From assembly GCA_004431415.1 (NCBI GenBank), contig QPMI01000544.1, positions 62,001 to 126,000 of the forward strand: DNA of 64,000 nt. Direction: 5' to 3'. A program made the translations under genes and the position numbers. Each line of letters starts with the position of its first letter. Within the stretch, counting starts at the first letter, position 1. This DNA is from Cyanophora paradoxa CCMP329 (Eukaryota; Plantae; Glaucophyta). Below the pieces are notes generated by a model. The model made no database searches and was not told the origin of the DNA. It worked only from the letters and a program-made list of their open reading frames with translations. Positions 12,101 through 24,300 of this stretch are shown piece after piece.

Positions 12101-13862
12101 GCGGCGGGGCGGAGGAGGAGGAGGAGGGGGAGGGCCGGGGCCGGCGGAGGGCCCCTACCCCCGCCGACGGGCGGCCGGGGGGTACCGAGGGGGCGGCGGG
12201 GGAGGACGACGCGCTCGGCGTCGGGCAGCGAGTCCTCGTCAAAGAGGACGACCTCCTTGTCCACCATCCCGCTCTCCAGGAGCGTCCGGTACGCCTCGCG
12301 CTTCTCCGCGATGAAGCGCCCGTTCTCCTCCGAGATCGCCGCCGACACCGCCTCGCCCCTTCGCACGTAGGCCAGGCTCCCCGCGGAGATCTCGTCGCCC
12401 CAGGGGAACCCCGTCATCACCTCCGTCGTGAGCGCCTCGGCGAACCAGAGCGTCCACGGCCCGCACTGGTACCCGTCCCGACCTGCAGGCGCCGCGCGTC
12501 TCCGTGACGAAGCGGTAGCGGGGAAAGGCGGCCTTGCAGGCGCGCTCGAGCCTGGGTCGGGCGGGCCGCCGAGCGAGTCCCAGAAGCGCGTCTGCTTCGA
12601 CGCCCCGTCCACCGCGAGGAGGGTCCAGTGGCCCCCGCTCGATCCCCCCTGGGTGCGCTCCCCGCCGCGCCTCAGGTTGCCGACGCTGACGGGGCAGAGG
12701 ACGCAGGTCCCGCGCTCGGCGGCGCCCAGGGCCCTGCGCGCCCGCCGGGCCTCGTCGGCGCGCGCGTACCGGAGCAGCAGCGACGTCACGATCTCGACGT
12801 GCATGGGGTAGAGGGCCTTGATCCGTCCCCCGGCGCCGGCGCGGAGCAGCAGCAGCGTGAGGACGTTGGCGATCTCGGCGTCGCGGAGCCAGCTCTTGCG
12901 GCCGAAGATCGAGATGCGGCGGGCCAGCGGGAGGGGCCGGGAGGGCCCGCAGCGGCCACGGCGGCCGGGTCCGCCCCTCGAGCACGAGGCGGCCCTCTGG
13001 AACTCGGCGGCCAGCCCCTCTCTCCGGTCCGGCAGCGCCCCGAGGAAGCGCTCCGCCCCAGGGCGCTGACAAAGGCCCACCTGCGCGCAGATCCGTGCGT
13101 CGCGACGTCGGCCCGAGGCCGCCGTAGTGGACGAGGGTGCGGGTGAGGAGGGCGAGCCGCTCGCGCCCCACCGTCCGCGTGCTCGCCTCGAAGCGGTGCG
13201 GCCCGCCCACCGCGAGGTCCGGGTGCCGCCTCATGATCTCCATCCGGACGCAGTTCGTGGAGCGCGAGTCCCCGTAGGCCGCCTGGGCGAGGCTCGCCAG
13301 CGGGATCCACCACTCGAGCTCCGGCACCTGCGTACCCCCCCCCCGGCCCCCACCGTTGCCGGCGGCGATGGGAAGGGGGGTACAGGGGTACGCACCTCGA
13401 TCCGCCGCGCGCGCACGGCCAGGAACCGATCCCCCGCGGCGCGCAGGACCTGCATCTCGAGGCGCTCGAGACGGGCCTGCCTCCGGCGCTCCAGCGCGGC
13501 GTAGAGCTCGGCCGCCCCGCGGTGCATGCGCCCGTCCTGCGAGCGCTCCCACGTGTTGCTCACGATCGGCTCGACGTAGCGCAGGGGCAGGACCCGCGGC
13601 GGCCGCTCCTGCGCGTCGTGCACGTTGCGCGCGATGGCGCCAGCGTCTCCAGGAGGAGGATGGCGTTTTCGTCGGGCAGCGGCGCGTCGGGACCCGGTGC
13701 GCCTCGGTGAGCGCCTCGTCGCCGCTCGCGATGCCCAGCAGACGCCTGAGCTCGGCCGTGCAGACGCAGGGCCGGCGTCCGTCCGCAGGACCACGAGGCG
13801 GGCCGGCCCGTACGGCCCTCGAACTCGGCCAGCTCGTACGTGTCCGTGACCGCGGAGAACAT
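9161..13862 (-). mobile_element. Tyrosine recombinase-Ulp1/C48 protease multidomain gene, copy 1 (frame broken by homopolymer indels)
   Basis: Same sequence as 27656-32403. Motifs GHWTLLAVD/FWDSL/DGYQCG, FLQYLREERRLAPGTLAGY, TPARVG, KTAK, KTMR and LAHTPQTATTHYD are spread over several ORFs. Confidence 0.85.
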
Positions 13863-15243
13863 TCTCTGTCCCCGCGGCCGCCCCTCTCCGAGTCGGGCGC
13901 GCGGGGGCTTTTAGTCGCGGCGCCCCGGCCCCTCTCGGGCCTTTGTCGGCCCTTAGTTGCAGTACCCTGAGGCCTTTGCCGGCCGCTTCATTGCAGTACC
14001 CCTGCCTGCCTCGCGACCTCGCATTCATTGCAGTACCCCTGCCGCCTCGCTTCCCCCACCTCTTTTCCCGCCCCTCGGGGCCGCTTCCGAGGCCTCGCTC
14101 CGCGCGCCTTGCGCGGCGCGAGCGCCGGCGCCGAGCGCGCTATCAGCGTAGAACGGCGTGCAGAGCACGCACGGCGCCTTTCCGCGCCGTTTGCGCGCGT
14201 CTGGAGCGCCCCTGGGGGGAGGGGGGCCCCCCCGGGGTCGCGATCGAGGGCCGAAAGAGGGGCCGCATATACCGCACTAAAATTAGCATCAATTAGAGGG
14301 GGTCCCCTGCATCCCTTCGACGGCCTTTGTGCGGATCCGAAAATTCATTTGACCCTTTTTCGGGGGGTGGGACTGGTATGGCAATTTTCCCTTCCCAATT
14401 ATTGGGCTATCTGAAAAAAATATATACCGGTAGAACTACTGTGTAATTGGCTGGGATCCGGTACCGAGAAAGTATATATATCATGATCATATGCATATGC
14501 ATAGTATGCTCCTAGATATGCTCTTAGTAGCTATAGAACGTCATATGCGAAGTTCTAGGTTGCCATTGGCCGAGGCAATTTGACGGTTCGATTCGAATTC
14601 ACCCACCGGTACCGAGCACAGCCCGCGGGAAAACCGGGCCTCGAATTCGAACCGATGGCAGAATTAGCAGTTTCATCTAGGCGCGCTTAATATCAGCTAA
14701 TAACTGCCGGATCTGCCAGCTTTTTGCCCGCTCTCCCGCCCGCCCGCCGCGTCCCCGCCGCAGGAGGCGCGCAGCGCCGCCGCGGGCGCCCCGGATGCGA
14801 GGGGACGACGCCGCGACGCCGCCGACGCCGCCAGCGGACGCCGAGCCCGCCGTGCAGCCCGCCGGCGCCCGCGCTCCCGCCGCCGCCGCGCGCCCCGCCG
14901 CATGCAGGAGGCCGCGGCGCAGGAACCTAGCGGGGAAGGGAAGGCGGAAGGCGGGCGGGAAGGCGGGGCTAGCGCTCTCACGACCGCTAGGTTGACGCCG
15001 ACGGCATTTAATAAAACTGCTAGAAAATTACAGCAGCTTTACAAATTTAATCTGTTATATATAAAGGTAATAAACCTACTCTCAGAGTCTGAGGCACAGC
15101 GGACGTATGAGACCGTACGACGGTTCTGCATCATACCTCGAGTCTCGTTGTCCTGTCTCGCGCATTCTGTGTCACTCCTGGGAGTCCTGGCGGACCCGGC
15201 CCACACACCCGGGCCCGGCCCGCCGGGGCCGGATTCGACATGT

Positions 15244-15826
15244 ACAGAGCTACATTGGATCTCAGCGCGTATTACTCCGTACCCTGCGCTATGTGGGGCC
15301 GTGCCGAGTGCCACGGAGTAGGGTTTATGAAAATAAGTATTACAAGAAAAAGCGATTACGCAGCATGAAAATAAGGTGGCGGCGCGATATATTATAGCTG
15401 AGAATTACGGGGCTGGCTCGTGTAATTATAAGCCAAGCCGGGCCGGGAGGCCAAGCGCGTAGGGGAGGGAGCAGAGAAGGCGATTCCGCTGGGGTACCCC
15501 GTTGCGGTCCAGGCTTGCGGGCGATGCGCGCCGGTTCGCCTGACTCTACGAAGCGCCGTGTTCGCGCCGGTTGGGCAGAGCTAGCCGAGCCGGGGGCCGG
15601 CCTCCGTCCCCGTCGGCTTGCGGGCCAAGCTTAAGCCAGCCCCCGCAATTTTCGAATATATATTTTCACCACCTGTCTCCAAATTTCGTGCACTTTAATT
15701 TTTACGCCTCTTTTTAACAGTTTTAGAGAAATATCCAAACTCGACGACCTATTCAGGCGACCAATCAAATCGTTCCTGCAATTGGGGGTACGGAGTAATA
15801 CGCGCTGAGATCCAATGTAGCTCTGT
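15244..15826. mobile_element. MITE with 41-bp perfect TIRs (ACAGAGCTACATTGGATCTCAGCGCGTATTACTCCGTACCC)
   Basis: TIRs at 15244-15284 and 15786-15826. TSD is unclear (GTA left, TTA right of the CAGAGC..GCTCTG ends). Confidence 0.85.
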
Positions 15827-15841
15827 TAACCCCCCCGGGGG

Positions 15842-16230
15842 TAGGGTTGCCGTGTCAATTGACATGTCAGTCTACCCTGTGGACATTGACATCGGACATT
15901 TGACATGTCAACCGACATGTCAACTGACATTGATTATTATATTATATTATATTATATTATATTCCAAAAGTGAGGCGGCGGGCAGCTTGGGCGAGTCCTC
16001 AGCGCCTCCCCGCTGCCCTCTGCCTCCTTCCTAACATCAGAAACGTGCTGCTAACGCTTGCAGAGTGCTGCTTACATGTTTTAATCATGATTTGCATGCG
16101 TTTTGGCTTGTTTGGAGGGGTATCCCCCCAATGTCAATGGACATGTCAACCCGGACCCGTGGACATTGACATGACATGTCAACTGACATTGACATGTCAA
16201 TGTCAATTGACATCGGACACGGCAACCCTA
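15842..16230. mobile_element. hAT-type MITE, TIR TAGGGTTGCCGTGTC, 8-bp TSD
   Basis: 15-bp TIRs, flanks CCCGGGGG / CCCGGGG(C), and many subterminal TGACA/TGTCA motifs at both ends. Confidence 0.88.
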
Positions 16231-16351
16231 CCCGGGGCCGGGCCCGGTGGCCGGCCCGCCCGCCGGCCCCGGCCGCCGACGGCCGGGCCGGCCCGAGCCG
16301 CCCGACTCGGCGAGCCTGGCGACTCAGTGTACTACGGTAGAAGCTCTACTA

Positions 16352-16633
16352 CCGTAGAACAGGAAAATACTGTATTCTGATAATTAGTGGAGCCCGAACT
16401 TATAATTATAGTGGACCGAAATCTTGACTTAGTCCACTAATTTCGGGATCCAGTATTTCCCTAGGCCTCAGATTCCCTGTTCCTGAGCTGCCCCATACAG
16501 TACCCCCCAAAATTACCGCCCATACAAGCCTGACAAGGTTTTGGTCCACTAATTTCGGGCTCCAGTATTTTGCCTAAGGGAGGCCAAGTTTTCTAGTCCA
16601 CTAATTCCGGTCCACTATTTTCCTGCTCTACGG
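16352..16633. mobile_element. Tc1/mariner-type MITE, TIR CCGTAGAACAGGAAAATA, TA TSD
   Basis: TA|CCGTAGAACAGGAAAATA ... TATTTTCCTGCTCTACGG|TA (1 mismatch), with internal repeats GTCCACTAATT in both orientations. Confidence 0.85.
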
Positions 16634-17043
16634 TAGGCTACTAGGCTAGCTACTAGGCCGGGTAGGCCTGAGGCTAGCGTTAGCTACCCTAGCCTGATCA
16701 TAGTACCGTAGTACAGTGGTTCAACCGGTTTGCTTATAATTATTAGCCTAGTAGCCTAACTTTAGTAACACACACTCTGACAGCACACACTCCCGGAGTC
16801 CTGACCTCGCCGGTCACACACACTGCGAGGCGAACCATAAGCCGCAGATCACTCGGTCACCAGCTGCGAACCTTCAAAGAATGTCGTGCGCATGCGCACG
16901 CGACGGCTTAGGATAAGCAATGCGCGAAAATCGCCATGCGCGCCGTGCGCGGGTTGATTGGCGTATACACATGCCATGGCCCATGCCAGAACTAGTCAAT
17001 GCTCTAGATCTAGATCCAATCCGATCGTCGTTACCTTAAGCTT

Positions 17044-18214
17044 GTGATCAGTGTCGTCAACGTGGCTCTGAACAAGTCAGTGACAGCAAACAACCAGTAC
17101 TTGGATTACGGACCGGAAAGACTGACGAGTGCGTTTAATGTAATTCTCAAACTCAAGATCTTGCTAAACGTGCATGCGCGTGACCGCAGATGGGGACAAA
17201 AGCAATGTTTTCTACCACAGCACCGACGCAGATACCACCGTCTCCATCAATCTCGAAGTGCCCTGTTTGACTAGATTGGGCATGAGTCGTGAAAAATTGA
17301 AGTATGACGCGATTTTCAGGCTGACTACCTAATCAGCTCCGTCGACATCTACAATGTACGAATAAATTTGATTGATGTCACTCGTCACTTACAGCTCTGT
17401 ATTCGCACCTGCGCAGCGTACCGATTGTGCGCGAATCCTTTCATTTACAGCCGTGGACTTTCGGCAATGCGCTGCAACATTGGCGCATTCGTGTTTAACT
17501 GCACACGTCCGAATAATGACCTTGCGCACCCAGGCTGCTCGGACAGGTTGAAGAATTTCAACATCTCGGTCTACGATGACGGCAAGCTGGTCTGCTCGCG
17601 ATCGCTTCAATATGAAAACTTAATGACCGCGTCATTTAATTAGCATATATACACCTTGGCCAATGCTAACTTGATTCGTGCTCATCCTGTGGATGAGCTA
17701 GGTCTATGCATCCGACAAGCTAGATGCGAATTCCGCTGCGAAGTTCAGCCACCCACTCACCAACATTACTGGTGAGCCCTAATTACAACGTTGCTGCTGA
17801 TTACAACGCGTGCGATCATATCGGCGTTAAAAAATACAGCCTTCTACTCATACTTAGATTCGGGCAAACTAAAACAACAGTCTAATCTATGTTTTTCGCA
17901 GGAGATCAGGTTACAATCAGTAAACCAGCGGGATGTGCGTTTTTCAATGCTCGAGGCTCGCGATCGGTCAATATCATCCGAAATCAATGATGACGATGCA
18001 TCCTCGTGAATGCGCAGATTACTTGAACATCAACGAAGTCGAAGTTATGGCACGGTTAAATCAAGCCCGGATCCAGTGCTTCTGTCACGCCGCCGGCTCT
18101 GCTCTCGACCTGCCGGAACCTTTCCTCAGTCGAGACTCGTCCATCTCTCAACCGGACAGCCAAGTGAACATGCCCTCGATCTTGAACGCCGAGTGCAAGT
18201 GCGCCTTCGTCTAG
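17044..18214 (+). CDS. Multi-exon gene with F-type lectin / galactose-binding-like domain, copy 1; start uncertain
   Basis: Spliced pieces NVALNKSVTANNQY, DGDKSNVFYHS, YLISSVDIYN, CSDRLKNFNISV and YLNINEVEV follow the fucolectin motif order. Confidence 0.7.
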
Positions 18215-18288
18215 GCCTTCTATATTGTAGCTACGTAAAGAAAACTGCTATTAACGTTACTAACGCAACTTAGATCGGCATCTGGGGA

Positions 18289-19948
18289 ATGGGTCAAGTC
18301 ATCAATCAGTACGTGATCCGTATCGATCGTACGCGTGGTGATCGATATCATTATGAAGGTGCGCGCAGAGCTGCACGATTCGCTTTATTTTGGCAAGACG
18401 TACACTACTATCAACGCCCCGAAAACGTGCCTTGCGAGGTTGTTCAATGGTTTGTGGAATCAGTACTGCACCAGTGCTATATGCAGCTACTAGAACTGTA
18501 TCACATGAAGTAACTTAAGCTTACACCGCCCACCACGTGCACATGTAACTCTGGTCTACAGGAGATACAACCAACGCCTGTGAGACTGCAAGCCCGTACG
18601 GGGAACGCTTCCTTCTGGTGCCTATTACGGATCAGGAAAATATGTGTACGCATACGTAGTGCATGTCTTCAACCATCTCGAATTCTAAAAGCTGAATCGT
18701 TCCATATCCAGTTGGTGGGACGCCACAGGCACTCTCTCCGGCACAACCCTCAATTGCACGTGCTTCTTTCTCATGCCAGATTTCGATCTTCGCATTATTA
18801 CATTCCTGAACTATTTTCAATGCACTTCGCGAGCAGGGTGAACAGCGCGTTGGCAAGCGGCTACTCCATGTATACGAATGATGTGAAACGTGCCTCCATC
18901 GATCTCAATTCGGTCTACGGCGCAGGCTCGGATGGAAAGCTGGTACTCTCTACATGCATATCAAAGCGAGATCAATATAGTTGACCGTCACAAAATGCAG
19001 GTTTTGCTGCCAGAGCAGCGGGAGAGTCTTTCTTACATTAAAGACTTCCGTTTTTCGACGAAGTGCACCAATGCATCTGGGGACGAAGTGCGTGCACGTG
19101 CTTGCAGGCAACTTTGCACTCTTAGCTCCTCTTAATGTTTTTCATCATTTTCTATCGCGAACTCGCAGCAAAGTACACCGCAACGTGCCAGGGAGCTGAC
19201 GGGACATCGACGTCATCTCTCGACATTGCAAACACGTACATCTACAATGACAACGTGAGCACCTGCAGCTGCACTCGTAGCATTGCGAGCCACACAAGTT
19301 CGTAACCGTTTTACAGGGTCAGGCTGTGTACAGCAAGGACGCCAGCCCTTCGTGCGGGATTTACTATTGCATTTTCGATCGGCCACACACATTTTGTTAC
19401 GGCGATACATATTGAGACAACACGCAGGCACCCGCGGAGCATCATTCTGTGCAACATTCAATGGGCTGCCGATAAGAAGTCCTTCTTGTACACTTGCCCC
19501 AAGGTTGCCGCTCTCGCTATGATCGCGATCAGTACAATATGCCGTTAAATTTGTACTCCGGATGAACAGGAGATGAAATTCGACGACAAATCGGTGACTT
19601 TGGACACGGACGGAAAACTGGTGAATGGAAACCGATCCTTGATACAGCATATTATTATATTGGAACCACGCGCATGCTGACTTCGCTTTCTAAGGTGCCT
19701 CTGGGGAAGCTGCTGAGCCGGCTTGAGGAAGACGTCCAGGTCGCTATCAACGTGCGCTCTTTAATTTCGCGATCGAGAGATTTCATAAGTCTCATGTTTT
19801 CATGTGTATGCTTTTACAGGACGATAACGATTGGGACGGAGATAGCCTCGACTGCTCGGCTGAAGCTGATCGCGACTCGGACCTGAGCGAGGCCTTCGAT
19901 GAATTTGATTCCAGCAGTTACGCGGAGGCCTTCATCACGGTTGCATAA
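18289..19948 (+). CDS. Probable multi-exon gene of unknown function, copy 1
   Basis: Short coding-like segments bounded by AG/GT (e.g. VLLPEQRESLSYIKDFRF, VPLGKLLSRLEEDVQ) and an acidic last exon ending in TAATAA. Confidence 0.35.
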
Positions 19949-21739
19949 TAAGCAAATGAGTGTATGCGCAATGACGATCGCGAGCTCATTTCATCTGTCA
20001 CAAATTCGAAGCTCTGAATTCGAATCCTATTAAGGGCCACTGACTTGCCGCAGTGCCGCGCGCGTCAGTTGGGTCCGGGGAAGGGCATTTAACCTCGGCG
20101 AATCCAATTGCAAGATCTAGATGCAGAGGCAGCTGCAGGGACTTAAGCTTAAGCTTAAGAAGGCGCGCGCGCGGTGGCCGGGCGAGCCGCCGGGCCGGCT
20201 CCGGCCGAGGCTGGCCATGCCAGGCGAGCTCAGCGGCTGTCCTCGCGATCGAGGCGAGCTGGCCTAGCGAGCTAGCTATAGCTATGTATACGTAAGGCGC
20301 GGCCTTGCATTGGGAAGGGGAGGGAACCTTAAGCTTGCAAATTGTCTGGCCATATGCATGGACGTGCTCGAGCTCCTGCCAGGCTGCGCATGCCCGCGGC
20401 CGTCGCGCGCGTGAGGCGTGGCGGGTGCACGATCATTGTACGAGTGCGCATGTGCTGCGGGTGCACGTGCGTCACGGCGTGGCTATATATATATATATAG
20501 CTAGGGGCTGGCCTAGCTATAGGCCTCCGCGCGATCTGGGCGCGGGCGCGGGGACGCTGCTCAAGCTCACGTTCCGCTCAGAAAGCGGCGCAGCGGGCCA
20601 GCTGCAGCTCATGATCAGCGGCGCCGGCTGCAGCAGGCATGCGCATCGCGCGCGCGCGGGGCTCTGCGCATGCGTCGCGATCGCGCGGCGCGCGCGCGCG
20701 CCGCGCGGCCGCGGGCGTCGGCTTGTTGCAAGTGGCATAGCCGGCCAAGTGCGGTCGACGTCGGCTTGCGGCCGGCTTGTGCAATTGCGTCGGGGCGCGG
20801 TTGGCGCGGGTGAAGCGTGCGCGGCTGGCGCGGCTAGCCGCTGAGCCACAGCAAACTGCCGCGCGCGCGCGCGAGAGGCGTAACCATTGTTGAGCTGAGC
20901 CGAGCTGCGGCGCCCGGGGGAGAAAGCGTGGGGGGAGAAAGTGGCCGGGGGAGACCGTAAAAAGACTTTTGCAGGGTAAGTTAACGCACTCTCCAATGTG
21001 ATTGGCTAGCGCGCGCGGCGTCCTCCCACGCGACCGCGTTCGCGCCCGGCCTCGCTCTTGCAGTACGGAATGTCGAACATGATGCGCGCAACGACCTCGA
21101 ACTGGTCTGGCCCGTATATCTGCTCCCTGTGCGTCGCTGGACCCCTTTTTGTCCCGGGTGTTGGTGCCTGTTCCTGGATCACCCTTTGGTCGGACGGGAC
21201 CGGAGACATGGTTTCGGGGTCCCCTGGGGATGCGCTTTTAGGATGTACCGCGCGGCCCCGGTTTTGCGGAGGTCGGGGAAATGCAAATGGGATTTGGGGT
21301 AGGGTTGGGCCCAAGGGACAGGGACAGGGAAGTGTTTTACCCTTCCCAAAAACGTTTATGTTAATCCAGGCCTAGGTCCCTCATTTTAAATTTTGAGTTC
21401 GAATTCGATTTAATTTCCGGACTCGTGACTTCGATTTCGCACTTATATTACGTGAGATATCGATACTGTACATGTATACGTACAGGATCACGCAACTACG
21501 TATACGAGATATGCCGGCGCCATGTCGCAACGCAAATTTAAAGACTGACGGCGTAGCATATCGAGCGATGACGGCAGAATCAAAATCGCTACTATAGACA
21601 GGAACGAATCACGCACACTATACTATGATATATAGCCAGTGCTGATCATCGGATCATGATCAAAAGCAGGAATTCGAAGTGTACATTCAAATGAGTTCGA
21701 CGGTCGACGTCGAAAAGCGTACGCATACATGGATTGCTG

Positions 21740-22185
21740 TACATCGACAGCATACTATAAAGCCCCGAATTTGAAGCGAAACGAAACTCCCAAAGCCTTA
21801 TTGTGCTTATATTATCTAGCCATCAAGAACTAGCTAAACGGCCTCAGTGCCGGATTTCAAGGAGGCCTCGGCGCCCGATCGATCGCGAAGATCTAGATCG
21901 AGAGCCCGCGATCCGTGCTTGCCTTGTGCTTCCAGTGCGCTTCCAGTACATCGACAGCACACTATAGAGCTCCGAATTTGAGGCTTATGGAAATGGCTTC
22001 ATGATCAGTGCCGGAACCAGAACCAGCTAAACGGCTTCATGATCAGAAAAGATCCAGGGCCAGAACCAGCTAAACGGCATCATGATCAGTGCCGGCGCCG
22101 GATTTCAGGGAGGCCTCGCGATCGGCGCCTGATTGATCGCGAAGAGCCCCGCGATCCGCGCTTAAGCTTGCCTTGTGCTTCCAGT
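21740..22185. repeat. Old local tandem duplication of the PDE 3' end (two diverged units of about 210-240 bp; repeated at about 40340-40790)
   Basis: 21826-21936 aligns to 22062-22185, and 21741-21775 aligns to 21948-21983. Confidence 0.85.
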
Positions 22186-24300
22186 TCTCGTAGTTGCGCC
22201 GCGCCCCGGCGAAGACAACCTCCCGGACGCCCGGGAAGACGGAGGCGACCGCGCCCTGCAAGATATTAGATGTCAGATGTAAGAAGATAAAGCGCTATAG
22301 CTAGCTAGCTATATAGCGCGAGCTATATATAATCACCATCAAGGGAAGGACGATGAACTCCATGAAGCCGACCTGGCTCGCTGCGAAGTTCTGGTTGTGC
22401 CGGTCCACTGGCAAGGCAACGGGAACAGTAAGCGAAACCCGCCCGCTCATGATAGATCTAGAGGCTGCGATCGTGAGCACGAGCTCGAGCGGGCGCACTG
22501 AAGGGGCTGATGGGATGCCGAGCTCGCGCTCCCGGTCCCCTGCGCTCCGGTGTTTCGGGAGCGCTAGCGAGGCGACGGCGGCCGCTCATGATCAGATGAT
22601 CAGATTCGCTTATGATCACCTGACACATGAACTCGACGGAGATGCGCTCGGACCACACGGTGTGCAGGGCGAGGGTCTTGGCGGCGTGGCCGATGTCGCA
22701 GGTCTGCCCCGCCCGCCCTTCGGTCAGCGGCCGAGCACAGGTACAGGTGGACGTACGAATTCGAAGGGGTGGGGTGGGGGTGGGGGGATTCACGGGGGGA
22801 GGGCGAGGGGGGAGGAGGAGTTGGGGGGTTCGGGGAGGAAGAAGAGCGCTTATATGGGCCGGGCCACGGCCACCCACCTTCATCGTCGCTGCCAGGAGCA
22901 CGCGCTTGTCGTCGCTCTGCGAGGACGCGCGCGCGCGTGAGCGAGGCGGACGGGCGCGCGGGCCGCTACAGCTAGCGCTGGCTGCTAGATCGATGGATGG
23001 AGAGGGGGCGCGGGTCGCGATGGCGCGCCTGGAGGGGTCCCATCAGGAGCGGCTGCACCACGACGACGGAGGAGGCGCGGGCCGCTGGGGCCGGAGCGCG
23101 CCGCCCGGTGCCAGTGGCCGCTGGAACACCGCCATTGAGGCGGGGGCCGAGCGGAGCGCGGCCGCCGCCCGGCCCGGGCGCGCCGCGGTCCTCCAGCGGC
23201 TCCGTCGCCGGCCCAAGCGCGCCGGCCGCCACGCACTTGCGGAAATCTGCGCGCCAAGCTCGAAATTCGAGCTGGAATATGGAGCGCGTGCGGCGACGCA
23301 CTGCCCAGGACCTCGAAATCTGCAAATCCGGTGATCAGGCCGAGCGAAGGAACCAAAGTAATTTTTTTATAAGCTCAAGGGCGCACGCTGCGCCATGTCG
23401 GTCGCCAGCACCATGTCGACCACGGTCCGCCTGAGCTCGCGCAGCGCGGCCTTGGGCATGCCCTGATCACGAGGCCCGGCTGGCCGCTCAAGCCGAGCGG
23501 GGGCCGGCGGGGCGGGGCGGGGCGGGGGGCTGGGCGGGCGAGCCTGGAGGAAGTTGTGGCGGGACTCGCGCAGGGCGATCCAGGCGGCGCTCGCGTGGTG
23601 GCTCTCCAGCGGGCTGCGAACGAAGCGAAGCGCGGGGCTCGGGGCTCGGGCCGGCCGGGCCGGGCCGGGACGCGCCCTCCGAATTCGCGGGGGCGGGGGC
23701 CGGGCGGGGCGGACCTCCTGTCGTTGTAGCGCAGGGCGAGCGGGCGGAAGTGGAGACGAGGAAGCTGTGGAGGCGCGGCGCGACCGTGAGGCAAGGCGGC
23801 CGGGCGAAAGGCGAGGGGGGTGGGAGAAGGGGGGTGGGGGGAGGGGGGAGGAGGCCGCGCGCACTTGTTGTTCACGCCAGGCTGCGTGACGCACGAAAAA
23901 CAGAGAAACCGGCCGCCAGTCAGCAGTAAGAAAGGAAAGGGTACCGCGTACGATGGCTGCTGGCCATGGGCTAGCGGGGCCGCCACTCACGTGTTCGTAA
24001 TCTGAGCACAAACCGGGAAAGTAATCAGGCCTAGCCTCGAGCGCGCGATCGGGGGCGTCGACGCGTCCGACGGTCGGAGCGCGCACCGTGAATGATGCAA
24101 GCGAGGATAGCGGCCAGCTTGTCCTCTGTTCAGCCGACATAAACACATTCATCAGAATATTAATGCAGAAACGGAAGCCCGATCAAGTCGGAGGGAAGGA
24201 AATAGGGGAGGACCGTCTGAGAGCCGGGCGCCGACGCCGCCGCGGGTGAGGACGCACACCATCGATTGAACCACGTCCGCCGCGTGGGCGCGGCTGCCGG
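22070..24300 (-). pseudogene. 5'-truncated copy of the class I phosphodiesterase gene (catalytic-domain exons only)
   Basis: Exons encode HAADVVQS, IIHDYEHPGVNN, LESHHA, VLATDM, DIGHAAK and SQVGFMEFIVLP. Upstream exons are removed by the duplication junction at about 24455. Confidence 0.8.

Noticed and set aside
9161-13862. Calling copy 1 of the YR gene a true pseudogene
   Set aside because: The frameshifts are almost all single-base homopolymer differences from copy 2, typical of unpolished long-read consensus. This cannot be decided without reads.
6144-14382. GTATGGC direct repeats (6144 and 14376) as Crypton-style termini of the YR element
   Set aside because: TATGGC occurs many times nearby, including in the right-array units, and no empty site is available to test it.
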